64,000 nucleotides of DNA from Bacillota bacterium (GTDB taxonomy: Bacteria; Bacillota; Clostridia; Acetivibrionales; DTU013). The first letter of the stretch is position 1, and every line of letters begins with the position of its first letter. The notes below the pieces were generated by a model, which had not been told where the DNA came from, did no database searches, and was given only the letters and a program-made list of their open reading frames with translations. Positions 18,963 to 28,049 of the stretch are shown one piece after another. The stretch covers positions 12,995-76,994 of the forward strand of contig JAEYOM010000076.1 in the NCBI GenBank assembly GCA_023411715.1, given 5' to 3'. Position numbers and translations under genes: made by a program.

Positions 18963-19061
18963 AGAACATCTGTTCTGTGTTTATTATAATCGAACAGGTG
19001 TTCCCTTGTCAACATATTTTTCGAACATTTGTTTGACTTTTATTATTTTATTTAATATAAT
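18963..19061. promoter_or_regulatory. Divergent SOS control region: three LexA (Cheo) boxes and two consensus promoters
   Basis: Boxes: AGAACATCTGTTCT 18963-18976, CGAACAGGTGTTCC 18991-19004, CGAACATTTGTTTG 19022-19035. lexA promoter: TTGACT 19033-19038, 17 nt, TATAAT 19056-19061. yneA-like promoter (minus strand): TTGACA 19012-19007, 18 nt, TATAAT 18988-18983. Confidence 0.85.
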
Positions 19062-19111
19062 GAATTTAGTAAAAATTATGAGAAGTTCCAGTTTTCAAAG
19101 GGGTGTAACGA

Positions 19112-19762
19112 ATGAACAAGAAGCTAAATGATAAACAGCAGCAGATTCTTGATTTTGTGAACAGCCAGGTCGAAGAAAAAGGTTATCCGCCGTCTGTACG
19201 TGAAATATGCAGTGCTGTAGGTTTTAAATCAACCTCTACCGTTCATGGTTACCTCGAGAAATTAGAAAAGAGCGGGCTCATCCTGAAGGATCCCACAAAG
19301 CCCAGAGCCCTCAGAGTTATAGGCAGCAATAAGAAATCCTACATCAGACAGCACGATGAACCCAAGGATTATTATTCAAGGAAAGAACTCGTAGATATAC
19401 CTATCGTCGGCAAGGTCACCGCCGGTCAGCCTATATTGGCAGTTGAGAATATAGAAGATACTTTCCCGCTACCTGTTGATTTCGTTCAGAATTCGACCGC
19501 TTTCATGCTAAAGGTCCAGGGTGACAGTATGGTGGAGGCAGGAATACTCGATAAGGATATGGTGCTTGTAAGACAGCAGGCAACAGCCGACAACGGTGAT
19601 ATCGTAGTCGCCATGATCAACGATGAAGCAACAGTCAAAACTTTTTACAAAGAAAAGGGTTATGTAAGGCTTCAGCCCCAGAACCAGTACATGGATCCCA
19701 TAATCGTAAGGGAAAATCTCACTATTCTCGGTAAAGTCATAGGCGTTTTCAGAAAGATGTAA
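19112..19762 (+). CDS. lexA: LexA repressor
   Basis: N-terminal wHTH, Ala-Gly cleavage site (VTAGQP), S24 Ser (QGDSM) and Lys (TVKTF). Confidence 0.95.
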   Translation: MNKKLNDKQQQILDFVNSQVEEKGYPPSVREICSAVGFKSTSTVHGYLEKLEKSGLILKDPTKPRALRVIGSNKKSYIRQHDEPKDYYSRKELVDIPIVGKVTAGQPILAVENIEDTFPLPVDFVQNSTAFMLKVQGDSMVEAGILDKDMVLVRQQATADNGDIVVAMINDEATVKTFYKEKGYVRLQPQNQYMDPIIVRENLTILGKVIGVFRKM

Positions 19763-19854
19763 ATAAACCGTCAATATTTTTTCCAATTCAAAAAACTCAG
19801 GATGCTTTTGCTTCCTAAGTTTTCTTTTGTTTACTCCAGTTATTATTCAGTCAT

Positions 19855-20097
19855 CTATTCCTTTGGGCTGTCGTTGAAAATAAAATTAACTACCTTCATA
19901 GGGCTTATGGTCGAGATCGCGTGCTTATATACCAGCTGCTGCTTACCATCCGTATCCAGTACAACAGTAAAATTATCAAATCCCTTTACCATCCCTTTAA
20001 GCTGAAAACCATTGGTAAGGTAAATAGTGACCGCAATATGTTCCTTCCTCACCTGGTTCAAAAATACATCCTGTAAATTGATATTAGCCTTGTTCAC
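19855..20097 (-). CDS. hfq: RNA chaperone Hfq
   Basis: 80 aa Sm-like protein ([13 protein letters not shown]...VYKHAISTI). GTG start behind AGGAGG; downstream of miaA as usual. Confidence 0.93.
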   Translation of the reverse strand: MNKANINLQDVFLNQVRKEHIAVTIYLTNGFQLKGMVKGFDNFTVVLDTDGKQQLVYKHAISTISPMKVVNFIFNDSPKE

Positions 20098-20207
20098 TTT
20101 ATAATCCTCCTTTGAGTGTTGTAAATAAAATCCGTGCCTAAATGGCGCTAAACATCTTACCTAAAAATTTTTTTCCTGATTCAATGAAATTAAGAATCAG
20201 TTTAATT

Positions 20208-21185
20208 TTACAAGATTATTCCATATGTTGCAATACACTCCCGAATAATTTTTTCGGACAACTCTCCAAAATCGCTGTTCTCATCCACTCTAAGCCAGTT
20301 GATCCCTTCGATCCTGCGGAACCATGTCATCTGCCGTTTGGCATAATGTCTTGTATCGCGCTTGAGAATATATACCGTTTCTTCAAAGGTACGACTTCCT
20401 TTAAGGTAATCCAGAACTTCCTTATAGCCTATTCCCTGCATTGCCGTTCCGCCCCTGTCATACCCCATATCCACGAGCCTTTTGACTTCGTCTGCCAATC
20501 CGTCCTCAAGCATTTTGTCAATCCGCTTTTCAATCCTCGCGTACAGCTTTTCCCTGTCCCAATCGAGACCGAATACTATGTACCGGTAAGGCGACGGTTC
20601 CTGCCTGGATTCCTTTATATGCTCCGAAATAGTTTTCTTCGTATGCTCGTATACTTCAATCGCCCTTATTATCCTTTTCGTATCGTTTTCATGTATCCGT
20701 GAAGCCGCTTCGGGATCAATACTTAAAAGCTTTTCATATATAAACCTGTTACCTTTGTCTTGAGCCTCTTTCCTGAGTGATTCCCTCAAATCCTCATCGC
20801 ATATCGTTTCAGAAAAATTGATGTTATAAATGAGGGAATTGATGTAAAGCCCTGTTCCTCCGGCGACTATGGGCCGCTTTCCTTCGCTTATTATCCTTGA
20901 AATATAACCGAGTGCGCATTCACGATATCTTGCAACGCTGAAATTCTCGTCAGGATCGACTTCGTCCAGCATATAGTGCCTGATGCCCGACATTTCTACT
21001 GCATCCGGTTTTGCAGTACCGATATCCATGTATCTGTATATCTGCATCGAGTCTGCGGAAACTATGCTTCCGCTGATCCTTCCGGCAAGCTCGATCGATA
21101 ACTTCGTTTTACCGGAAGCTGTCGGGCCTACAATGACTATTACAGGCTCCATTAAATCAATTTTTACCCCCCTTCTATTTACCAA
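20208..21185 (-). CDS. miaA: tRNA dimethylallyltransferase MiaA
   Basis: P-loop GPTASGKT; IPP-transferase family. Start either TTG 21185 or ATG 21152. Confidence 0.92.
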   Translation of the reverse strand: MVNRRGVKIDLMEPVIVIVGPTASGKTKLSIELAGRISGSIVSADSMQIYRYMDIGTAKPDAVEMSGIRHYMLDEVDPDENFSVARYRECALGYISRIISEGKRPIVAGGTGLYINSLIYNINFSETICDEDLRESLRKEAQDKGNRFIYEKLLSIDPEAASRIHENDTKRIIRAIEVYEHTKKTISEHIKESRQEPSPYRYIVFGLDWDREKLYARIEKRIDKMLEDGLADEVKRLVDMGYDRGGTAMQGIGYKEVLDYLKGSRTFEETVYILKRDTRHYAKRQMTWFRRIEGINWLRVDENSDFGELSEKIIRECIATYGIIL

Positions 21186-21206
21186 TTGTACCCAGTGGTA
21201 ATATAT

Positions 21207-23426
21207 TTATACTATCCTTTTGAACAATTTTTCCAGTTCATAACGTCTCAAACGCAGAATCGCCGGACGCCCATGCGGACATGTAAAGGGATTCTCAAGA
21301 CTTGCAAGATCTGAAAGCAATACGTCTATTTCCCTTGCGTCAAGTTTCTTATTCGCTTTGACTGCCGATCTGCAGGCCATCCTGTATAACGCTTCGTCAG
21401 CTATGATACTTTTATCCTGACCGTTCCCGTTTATCACAAAATCAAGTATTTCCATAAAAAGTCCGCCGACATCGACACTCTGGTCCATAAACGGAACGGA
21501 GCGCAGTATTATCGAATTGCTGCCGAAGCTTTCGTACGTAAAGCCGAGCCTTGTGAAGAAAGGCGTTTCGGAAAGTGCAAACTGGTACTCGGCAGCGGAC
21601 AGTTCGATGTTTATTACTGACAGAAGCATCTGTGAAAACTGCTCGTTTTTTGACCAGGCTTTCTTCAATTCCTCATATCGTATACGTTCGTGCGCGGCAT
21701 GCTGATCGAGCAGGAACAGCTCGTCTGTTCCCTCTAGCATTATGTATGTAGAGAATATCTGTCCGATTACCCTGACATTGCTGAAAATATCAAGAATCGA
21801 ACGGTCGGTCTTTCGGACCGGCTCTTCAGGATTTTCAGGAGCTTCCGGCGCTTTGGCAGCTTCGATAGCTTCCGGTTTGTAATCGACCGGTCCGGTTTCG
21901 TTAATAAGCGGTGCTTTCATGTCTTTTACAGCGTAAATCTCCAGCGTCTCGCCTTTTGCTGTAGCAAGCCCGACAAGTGCCTGAACACCTGAATCGAATT
22001 TCTCATCCTTCAGATCTCCTGTATCCCAGCCCGCTGCTGGATCCCGGCTTTCGTTTTCATTACTCCCGTTTGTGTCTGTGCTTTCTACCGACTGAATAAG
22101 TGAACTCCTGTTTGTATCCCGGCCTTCGCTATCCGGGCTGCCCGAAACAGCTTCCGTTCTCTTCCGGTCCAATTCCCTGCGGACCCATTCGAAATCCTGC
22201 TGCGAATATGCGGCCCTGCTCTTCAGTTCTTCGTTCAGATGGTATGCAGACTTGCCGGCGCTCCCCGGCATAGCCGTTGTTTCCGGCCTTGCCGGCAGCA
22301 TCGTTTTTTCCGGCCATGTGGGCTGCGAAACTGTTTCCGACCGTGTGGGCTGCGCTGTTGTTTCCGGCCATGCGGACTTCGCAACTGTTTCCGTTCCTGT
22401 ATTCCTGGTGTAGGAGGACGGCAGCGTCCTTATGGAGGATTGCGAAAGCAGCGCGCCGTTCACAGCATGATAGACAGCCCTGTAAATGTCCTGTTCATTG
22501 GAGAATTTGACTTCCATTTTCGACGGGTGTACATTTACGTCTACCGACGCCGGATTTATATGTATGTCCAGCACTGCGAAGGCATATTTGTTTTTCATTA
22601 GGTATGTTGCATAAGCCGCATCCAGTGCCGCTGTTATGGTCTTGCTCCGTATGGTCCTGCCGTTTATGTAGAATAACTGCTGACCGCGGTTCGAACGCGC
22701 CAGCTCCGACCCGCCGACATATCCGGCTATTTTGACATGTTCGTCCTTATGATCGACCTTGAGCAGATGCTTCGAAGTCTCCGAACCGTATATGCTGAAG
22801 ATCACACTTTTCAGATCGCCGTTGCCTGGGGTATGGAGCACCGCCGTACCGTTGCTTGTAAGCTTGAATGATATATCCGGGTAGCCGAGCGCTATCCTGC
22901 TCATGATATCCGCAACATAAGCCGCCTCAGTCGAATCCTTCTTAAGGAACTTATATCTTGCGGGTGTATTGAAAAAAAGTTCCTTCACCGTTATGGTCGT
23001 ACCGACCGGACACCCGGCAGGTTTCAATCCTGTCACACCGCCGCCCCTGACCTCTATCGAGACCCCCTGGACAGCGTCCCTGACCCTTGTCGTAAGCTGA
23101 ACGTCGGAAACTGCCGCAATGCTGGCCAGCGCCTCGCCTCGGAAGCCCATGCTCTTTATGGATTCAAGGTCGTCCGCCCTTCTGATTTTGCTCGTGGCAT
23201 GACTTTCGAAAGCGATTTCGACGTCATCCTCCTCCAGGCCGCTGCCGTTGTCCGTGACGCGTATGAATGAGATACCGCCGTTGCGGATCTCTACGCTTAT
23301 ATTGGACGCTCCTGCATCTATCGAATTCTCGACCAGTTCCTTTATAACGGAAGCCGGCTTTTCTATGACTTCACCGGCTGCGATCTTATTGGCCGTATTC
23401 TCATCGAGAATAATTATATTTCCCAT
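21207..23426 (-). CDS. mutL: DNA mismatch repair protein MutL (endonuclease type) with expanded repetitive linker
   Basis: GHKL N-terminus (ELVENSIDAG) and C-terminal endonuclease motif DQHAAHERIRYE. ATG 23426 behind GAGGAAGGG, just after the mutS stop. Confidence 0.95.
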   Translation of the reverse strand: MGNIIILDENTANKIAAGEVIEKPASVIKELVENSIDAGASNISVEIRNGGISFIRVTDNGSGLEEDDVEIAFESHATSKIRRADDLESIKSMGFRGEALASIAAVSDVQLTTRVRDAVQGVSIEVRGGGVTGLKPAGCPVGTTITVKELFFNTPARYKFLKKDSTEAAYVADIMSRIALGYPDISFKLTSNGTAVLHTPGNGDLKSVIFSIYGSETSKHLLKVDHKDEHVKIAGYVGGSELARSNRGQQLFYINGRTIRSKTITAALDAAYATYLMKNKYAFAVLDIHINPASVDVNVHPSKMEVKFSNEQDIYRAVYHAVNGALLSQSSIRTLPSSYTRNTGTETVAKSAWPETTAQPTRSETVSQPTWPEKTMLPARPETTAMPGSAGKSAYHLNEELKSRAAYSQQDFEWVRRELDRKRTEAVSGSPDSEGRDTNRSSLIQSVESTDTNGSNENESRDPAAGWDTGDLKDEKFDSGVQALVGLATAKGETLEIYAVKDMKAPLINETGPVDYKPEAIEAAKAPEAPENPEEPVRKTDRSILDIFSNVRVIGQIFSTYIMLEGTDELFLLDQHAAHERIRYEELKKAWSKNEQFSQMLLSVINIELSAAEYQFALSETPFFTRLGFTYESFGSNSIILRSVPFMDQSVDVGGLFMEILDFVINGNGQDKSIIADEALYRMACRSAVKANKKLDAREIDVLLSDLASLENPFTCPHGRPAILRLRRYELEKLFKRIV
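22279..22410 (-). repeat. In-frame 27-nt tandem repeat (about 4.9 copies) in the MutL linker
   Basis: Plus-strand units gtttccggcc...; the encoded nonapeptides are AWPETTAQP / TRSETVSQP / TWPEKTMLP / ARPETTAMP. Confidence 0.9.
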
Positions 23427-23428
23427 TC

Positions 23429-26044
23429 TCAACCCTTCCTCGCTTTGAGCTGCAGGCGATACAAAACGTTCATGGCGTCAAGCGGCGTCATTTCGGATAC
23501 ATCTATGGACTTCAGCTCCTCCAGTACTTCCTTGCCGGCTTTTTCCTCATTATCATTCGGTATGAACAGCTCCACCTGTCCATCAAGAGGGATGATCCTC
23601 CGCCTTGCCCTTTGCTTGCTGATGTCCGCGGCTTCCAGCTCCTTCAGCAGTTCCTTGGCCCTATCGGTCACGACCTGCGGAACTCCGGCAAGCTTGGCGA
23701 CCTGTATACCGTAGCTGCCATCGGCGCCTCCGCGTATTATTTTCCTGAGGAAAATGATATCATCGCCCTTTTCCTTTACAGCAATGCAATAATTCTTGAT
23801 GCCTGTTATCTTGCCTTCGAGTTCGGTCAATTCATGATAATGCGTTGCAAACAGCGTCCTGCTGCCGACCTTCTCCCGATCGGATATATATTCTATGACC
23901 GACCATGCAATACTGAGGCCGTCATACGTACTTGTCCCTCTGCCGATCTCATCGAGCACGAGAAGGCTTCTTTGCGTGGCATTCTCCAGGATGCCTGCGA
24001 CCTCCGACATTTCCACCATGAATGTGCTCTGGCCCGCTGCCAGATCGTCGGAAGCGCCTACTCTAGTGAATATCCTGTCCGTTACGCCTATGACCGCCGA
24101 GACCGCCGGTACGAAGCTGCCAAGCTGCGCCATCAGCACTATCAGCGCAACCTGCCTCATATACGTGGATTTACCGGCCATATTGGGTCCGGTTATAATG
24201 GATATCCTGTTTCCGTCCATGTCTAGCAGCGTATCGTTCGGCACGAACTCCCCTTGTTCCAGCATCTTTTCAACAACAGGGTGACGTCCCCCCGTGATAT
24301 GGATCAAACCTTCGCCGTTTACAACAGGCCTGCAGTAATTTTCCCTGTCTGCAACCTCTGCCAGTGAACAAAGCACATCGAGTTCTGCAATACCGGCTGC
24401 GGCGGATTTTATCCTGCCGACCTGCGAAGCGATCTTTTCCCTTATTTCCGTAAACAAGACATATTCAAGCTCGACGACCTTGCCTTCGGCTCCAAGTATT
24501 GTTTCCTCCATCTCTTTGAGTTCCTGCGTCACGAACCTCTCGCAGTTGGCCAGAGTCTGCTTTCTTATATACTCCTGCGGCACCAGATTGTAATATGATT
24601 TTGTAACTTCAAGGTAGTATCCGAATACCTTCGTGTAACCGATTTTTAGGTTCCTGATCCCGGTCTTTTCCCTTTCTGCGGCTTCCAGCGAAGCTATCCA
24701 CTGCTTGCCGTCCGTAGTGGCACGCCTGAGCTTGTCCACTTCCTCATCATAACCCGGTTTTATTATGCCGCCGTCCCTTACAGAAATAGGAGGTTCATCA
24801 ACTACCGAACGTTCTATGAGTCCGGCTATGTCGTCCAGAGCGTCTATATTATTGTCGTTCATCAGCGCAAGAGCCGATGAACAGGAGTTTAGTATCTCTT
24901 TTATGTAAGGTATCTGCTGCAGTGAATTTTTGAGTGATATCAGATCCCTGCAGTTTGCACTCCCCAGGACTACCTTGCCTATCAGCCTCTCAATATCGTG
25001 GACCCTCTTGAAGAGTTCGCGAAGCTCCATGCGGACCATGAACCTGTCCTTGAATTCATCGACGGCCTCAAGCCGCTCATCAATGTCGCCCGTTTTCACA
25101 AGCGGCTGTTCTATCCACCTGCGCAGCGCCCTGGCGCCCATCGAGGTCATCGTCCTGTCAAGCACCCACAAAAGCGTGCCCTTCCTGTTCTTTTCCCTCA
25201 TGGTTTCAGTCAGCTCGAGATTCCGTCTTGTAGCTATATCCAGCACCATGAATTCTTCTATTTTATAGGGCGTTATCTTCTGAATATGCTCGAGACCGGC
25301 CTTCTCGGTCTGCTCCAGGTAAGCCATAAGAGCTCCGCAGGCATTCAGGCAGAGTTCCTGTGAATCCTGCGGCAGGGCGTCGTCTCCAAGCCTGCGGTAC
25401 AGTATTTCCGACGAATTGCTTTCGTCAAAGTACTGGTCTTCAAGAGGTGAAATATATGCGCTGAAACGCTTGCGAAGCTGCCCGGCAAGCGCCTCCGAAT
25501 CACAGAAGGCTTTGTTCGCTATAATTTCGGCGGGCCCGTATTTGGCTATCTCATCGAGAAGCTTATTAAAAGTATTTCCCCAGGTTATCCTGGTAGTCGA
25601 AAATTCGCCCGTTGACACATCGACCACCGCAAACCCGTACATATAACCTTTTGAATATATGGAAACGAGGTAATTGTTTTTCTTTTCATCGAGCATTGCG
25701 GAATCGATAACCGTACCCGGCGTTACGACACGTATTACTTCCCTCTTTACGATACCCTTTGCAAGCGCCGGATCTTCCATCTGTTCGCAGATGGCGACCT
25801 TGTAGCCCTTTGATATCAGCCTTGAAACATACCCGTCCACGGCATGGAAAGGTACTCCGCACATGGGTGCGCGTTCCTCAAGGCCGCAATCCCTTCCTGT
25901 CAGTGCAATATCAAGCTCTCTCGATGCAACCTCGGCATCTTCGAAAAACATCTCAAAAAAGTCACCGAGTCTGAACATAAGAATACAATCCTTATACTGC
26001 TCCTTCATATCCAGATATTGCTGCATCATAGGTGTAACGGGCAT
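23429..26044 (-). CDS. mutS: DNA mismatch repair protein MutS
   Basis: 871 aa, Walker A GPNMAGKST, MutS domains I-V. Confidence 0.96.
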   Translation of the reverse strand: MPVTPMMQQYLDMKEQYKDCILMFRLGDFFEMFFEDAEVASRELDIALTGRDCGLEERAPMCGVPFHAVDGYVSRLISKGYKVAICEQMEDPALAKGIVKREVIRVVTPGTVIDSAMLDEKKNNYLVSIYSKGYMYGFAVVDVSTGEFSTTRITWGNTFNKLLDEIAKYGPAEIIANKAFCDSEALAGQLRKRFSAYISPLEDQYFDESNSSEILYRRLGDDALPQDSQELCLNACGALMAYLEQTEKAGLEHIQKITPYKIEEFMVLDIATRRNLELTETMREKNRKGTLLWVLDRTMTSMGARALRRWIEQPLVKTGDIDERLEAVDEFKDRFMVRMELRELFKRVHDIERLIGKVVLGSANCRDLISLKNSLQQIPYIKEILNSCSSALALMNDNNIDALDDIAGLIERSVVDEPPISVRDGGIIKPGYDEEVDKLRRATTDGKQWIASLEAAEREKTGIRNLKIGYTKVFGYYLEVTKSYYNLVPQEYIRKQTLANCERFVTQELKEMEETILGAEGKVVELEYVLFTEIREKIASQVGRIKSAAAGIAELDVLCSLAEVADRENYCRPVVNGEGLIHITGGRHPVVEKMLEQGEFVPNDTLLDMDGNRISIITGPNMAGKSTYMRQVALIVLMAQLGSFVPAVSAVIGVTDRIFTRVGASDDLAAGQSTFMVEMSEVAGILENATQRSLLVLDEIGRGTSTYDGLSIAWSVIEYISDREKVGSRTLFATHYHELTELEGKITGIKNYCIAVKEKGDDIIFLRKIIRGGADGSYGIQVAKLAGVPQVVTDRAKELLKELEAADISKQRARRRIIPLDGQVELFIPNDNEEKAGKEVLEELKSIDVSEMTPLDAMNVLYRLQLKARKG

Positions 26045-26092
26045 TTTTGCGACCTCACTTAAATTGATGGCTTATCTCTGTTCCGGCTTTAC

Positions 26093-26485
26093 CTATTCAT
26101 GGGCCCCGCCGCAGCCTCCGCCGCAGGAGGCACATTTCGAAGGCGAGCATGCCTCGCCTGTTATCGCGAATGTAATAACGTCGTTTACGTTCTTCATAAG
26201 TGCGTCAAAATCGTTCTTGGCGCTGATATATTCGGAAGTCGGCTTGTAATCGTCTATCTCGTTTTGTTTAGTCATTAGCAGATCCTTTATGTCGCTGAGC
26301 TTGACTTCATTTTCGTTTTCTCTCGTGGCTTTGATTAATTCTATCTGCAGAAGCCTGTAATCCTCCATCAGGCCCATTCCTCGTTCATCGTTCTCCAAAG
26401 CGGCCTGTGCGCTGTTCAATCTCTTAAGCTGTTCGGACTCCGCCAGAAGTTCTCCCAACTCTCTTGCTTTCTCTAAAACGCTCAT
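26093..26485 (-). CDS. ymcA: YlbF/YmcA-family protein (RicA-like) with Cys-rich C-terminal tail
   Basis: Helical YlbF/YmcA-like sequence. Its position between miaB and mutS matches the B. subtilis ymcB-ymcA...mutSL order. Tail is CSPSKCASCGGGCGG. Confidence 0.7.
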   Translation of the reverse strand: MSVLEKARELGELLAESEQLKRLNSAQAALENDERGMGLMEDYRLLQIELIKATRENENEVKLSDIKDLLMTKQNEIDDYKPTSEYISAKNDFDALMKNVNDVITFAITGEACSPSKCASCGGGCGGAHE

Positions 26486-26590
26486 TTATTTAAACCTCCA
26501 ATATTTTCCTTTATCTATGTCTTACACTATCGATCATGTCATCTTTTACCGGCATTCAGGCTTCAGGTATTCAGACACTCAGGTATTAAA

Positions 26591-27943
26591 TCATCTACCC
26601 AGGCTGCCTTCCATAGACCAGGTCCCGACCTTGTCTATCCTCACGTTTGCCAATCTTCCGATAAGGTCAGTCCCGCCTTTGAAATTGACTATTTTGTTGG
26701 TCCTGGTTCTTCCGGTGAGCATATTTATATTGTTCTTGCTCGTACCTTCAACAAGTATTTCTTCGACCCTGCCGGCCATACGGTCGTTGATCTCTCTCCC
26801 TATGCTGTTTTGCAGCTCAAGCAGCGCGTCGAACCTCCTTTTCATTACTTCTTCGCCGACCTGCTCCTCCTTCTTCGCCGCCGGAGTTCCGGTCCGCCTC
26901 GAATACAGGAAAGTGTAGACATAGTCGAACCTTACCCTTTCGATCAGGTCGAGAGTCTGTTCAAAGTCGGCATCGGTCTCGCCCGGGTAACCCACTATAA
27001 TATCTGTAGTCAGCGAAATATCCGGTATCTGCGCCCTGATCCTGTCGACCAACCCGAAGTAATGATCACGCGTATATCTGCGGTTCATTTCCTTCAGGAT
27101 GGCGTCACTCCCAGCCTGCACCGGAAGATGCAGGTGTTCGCAAACCTTTTTGCAGTCCTTCATCGCAAGGATAAGCTCATCCGAAAGATCCTTCGGATGG
27201 GACGTCATGAACCGGATCCTTTCGACTCCTTCAACGCTCTCCAGGCTCCGCAGCAGACCTGCAAAGCTGCTGCCGTCCTTCAGGTCCTTCCCGTAGGAAT
27301 TGACATTCTGTCCAAGCAGCGTTATCTCCTTGTAACCCTGATGCCCCAGCATTCTCGCTTCATCAAGTATATCCGGCTCTCTCCTGCTCCTCTCCCTTCC
27401 CCTTACATAAGGAACTATGCAGTAGGAACAGAAGTTATTGCAGCCGTACATTATTGTGAGCCAGGCCTTCACACCGTTCTCACGGCGTATCGGTACGCCT
27501 TCTGCTATATAACCCTCCGAGCTGCTGACATCGGTGACGGCTTTATCGGAATTCAGCGCTTTATTCAGTAATTCCGGGAATCTGTGCAGATTGTGTGTCC
27601 CGAATATCAGATCCACATGTCTGTATTTTTTAAGGATATGGTCAACAACGGCCTCCTGTTGCATCATACAGCCGCACAGGGCAATGATCATACCAGGTTT
27701 GCGCTCCTTCAGCTTTTTAAGCGAACCCAGGTGGCCGTACACCTTCAATTCGGCATTTTCCCTGACGCAGCAGGTGTTGAAAAGTATCAGGTCGGAATCC
27801 TCAAGCTTGTCGGTTTTCCTGTAGCCCATTGCTTCAAGCATCCCTGCGAGCTTTTCGGAATCATTCTCATTCATCTGGCAGCCGTACGTATTGATCGAAT
27901 ATTTTTTTAAGCCCTCAGGATTCGTTTCCCGCACGGAATGCAT
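26591..27943 (-). CDS. miaB: tRNA-i6A37 methylthiotransferase MiaB
   Basis: TYGCQMN N-terminal cluster, radical-SAM CNNFCSYCIVP, TRAM domain. Start set to ATG 27943 (CAGGAGG 5 nt upstream); the listed TTG 28033 lacks an SD. Confidence 0.92.
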   Translation of the reverse strand: MHSVRETNPEGLKKYSINTYGCQMNENDSEKLAGMLEAMGYRKTDKLEDSDLILFNTCCVRENAELKVYGHLGSLKKLKERKPGMIIALCGCMMQQEAVVDHILKKYRHVDLIFGTHNLHRFPELLNKALNSDKAVTDVSSSEGYIAEGVPIRRENGVKAWLTIMYGCNNFCSYCIVPYVRGRERSRREPDILDEARMLGHQGYKEITLLGQNVNSYGKDLKDGSSFAGLLRSLESVEGVERIRFMTSHPKDLSDELILAMKDCKKVCEHLHLPVQAGSDAILKEMNRRYTRDHYFGLVDRIRAQIPDISLTTDIIVGYPGETDADFEQTLDLIERVRFDYVYTFLYSRRTGTPAAKKEEQVGEEVMKRRFDALLELQNSIGREINDRMAGRVEEILVEGTSKNNINMLTGRTRTNKIVNFKGGTDLIGRLANVRIDKVGTWSMEGSLGR

Positions 27944-28049
27944 AAACGCCTCCTGTCGGGTCATCTCATCTTCGGAAATAAATGTTTTTTCCCTTGTATC
28001 CAATTTCAGCTTATCCTCCGGAAAAATCCCCAACTATGAGGATATTATA

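Noticed and set aside
18931-19131. 66-aa plus-strand ORF spanning the lexA/yneA-like intergenic region.
   Set aside because: It covers the promoters and LexA boxes, has no SD, and its sequence is hydrophobic and AT-driven. The region is fully explained as a regulatory region.
22129-22601. ORFs 22129-22371 (minus strand), 22239-22601 and 22277-22510 (plus strand) inside mutL.
   Set aside because: They arise from the 27-nt repeat being open in several frames. The MutL frame is continuous with conserved N- and C-terminal domains.
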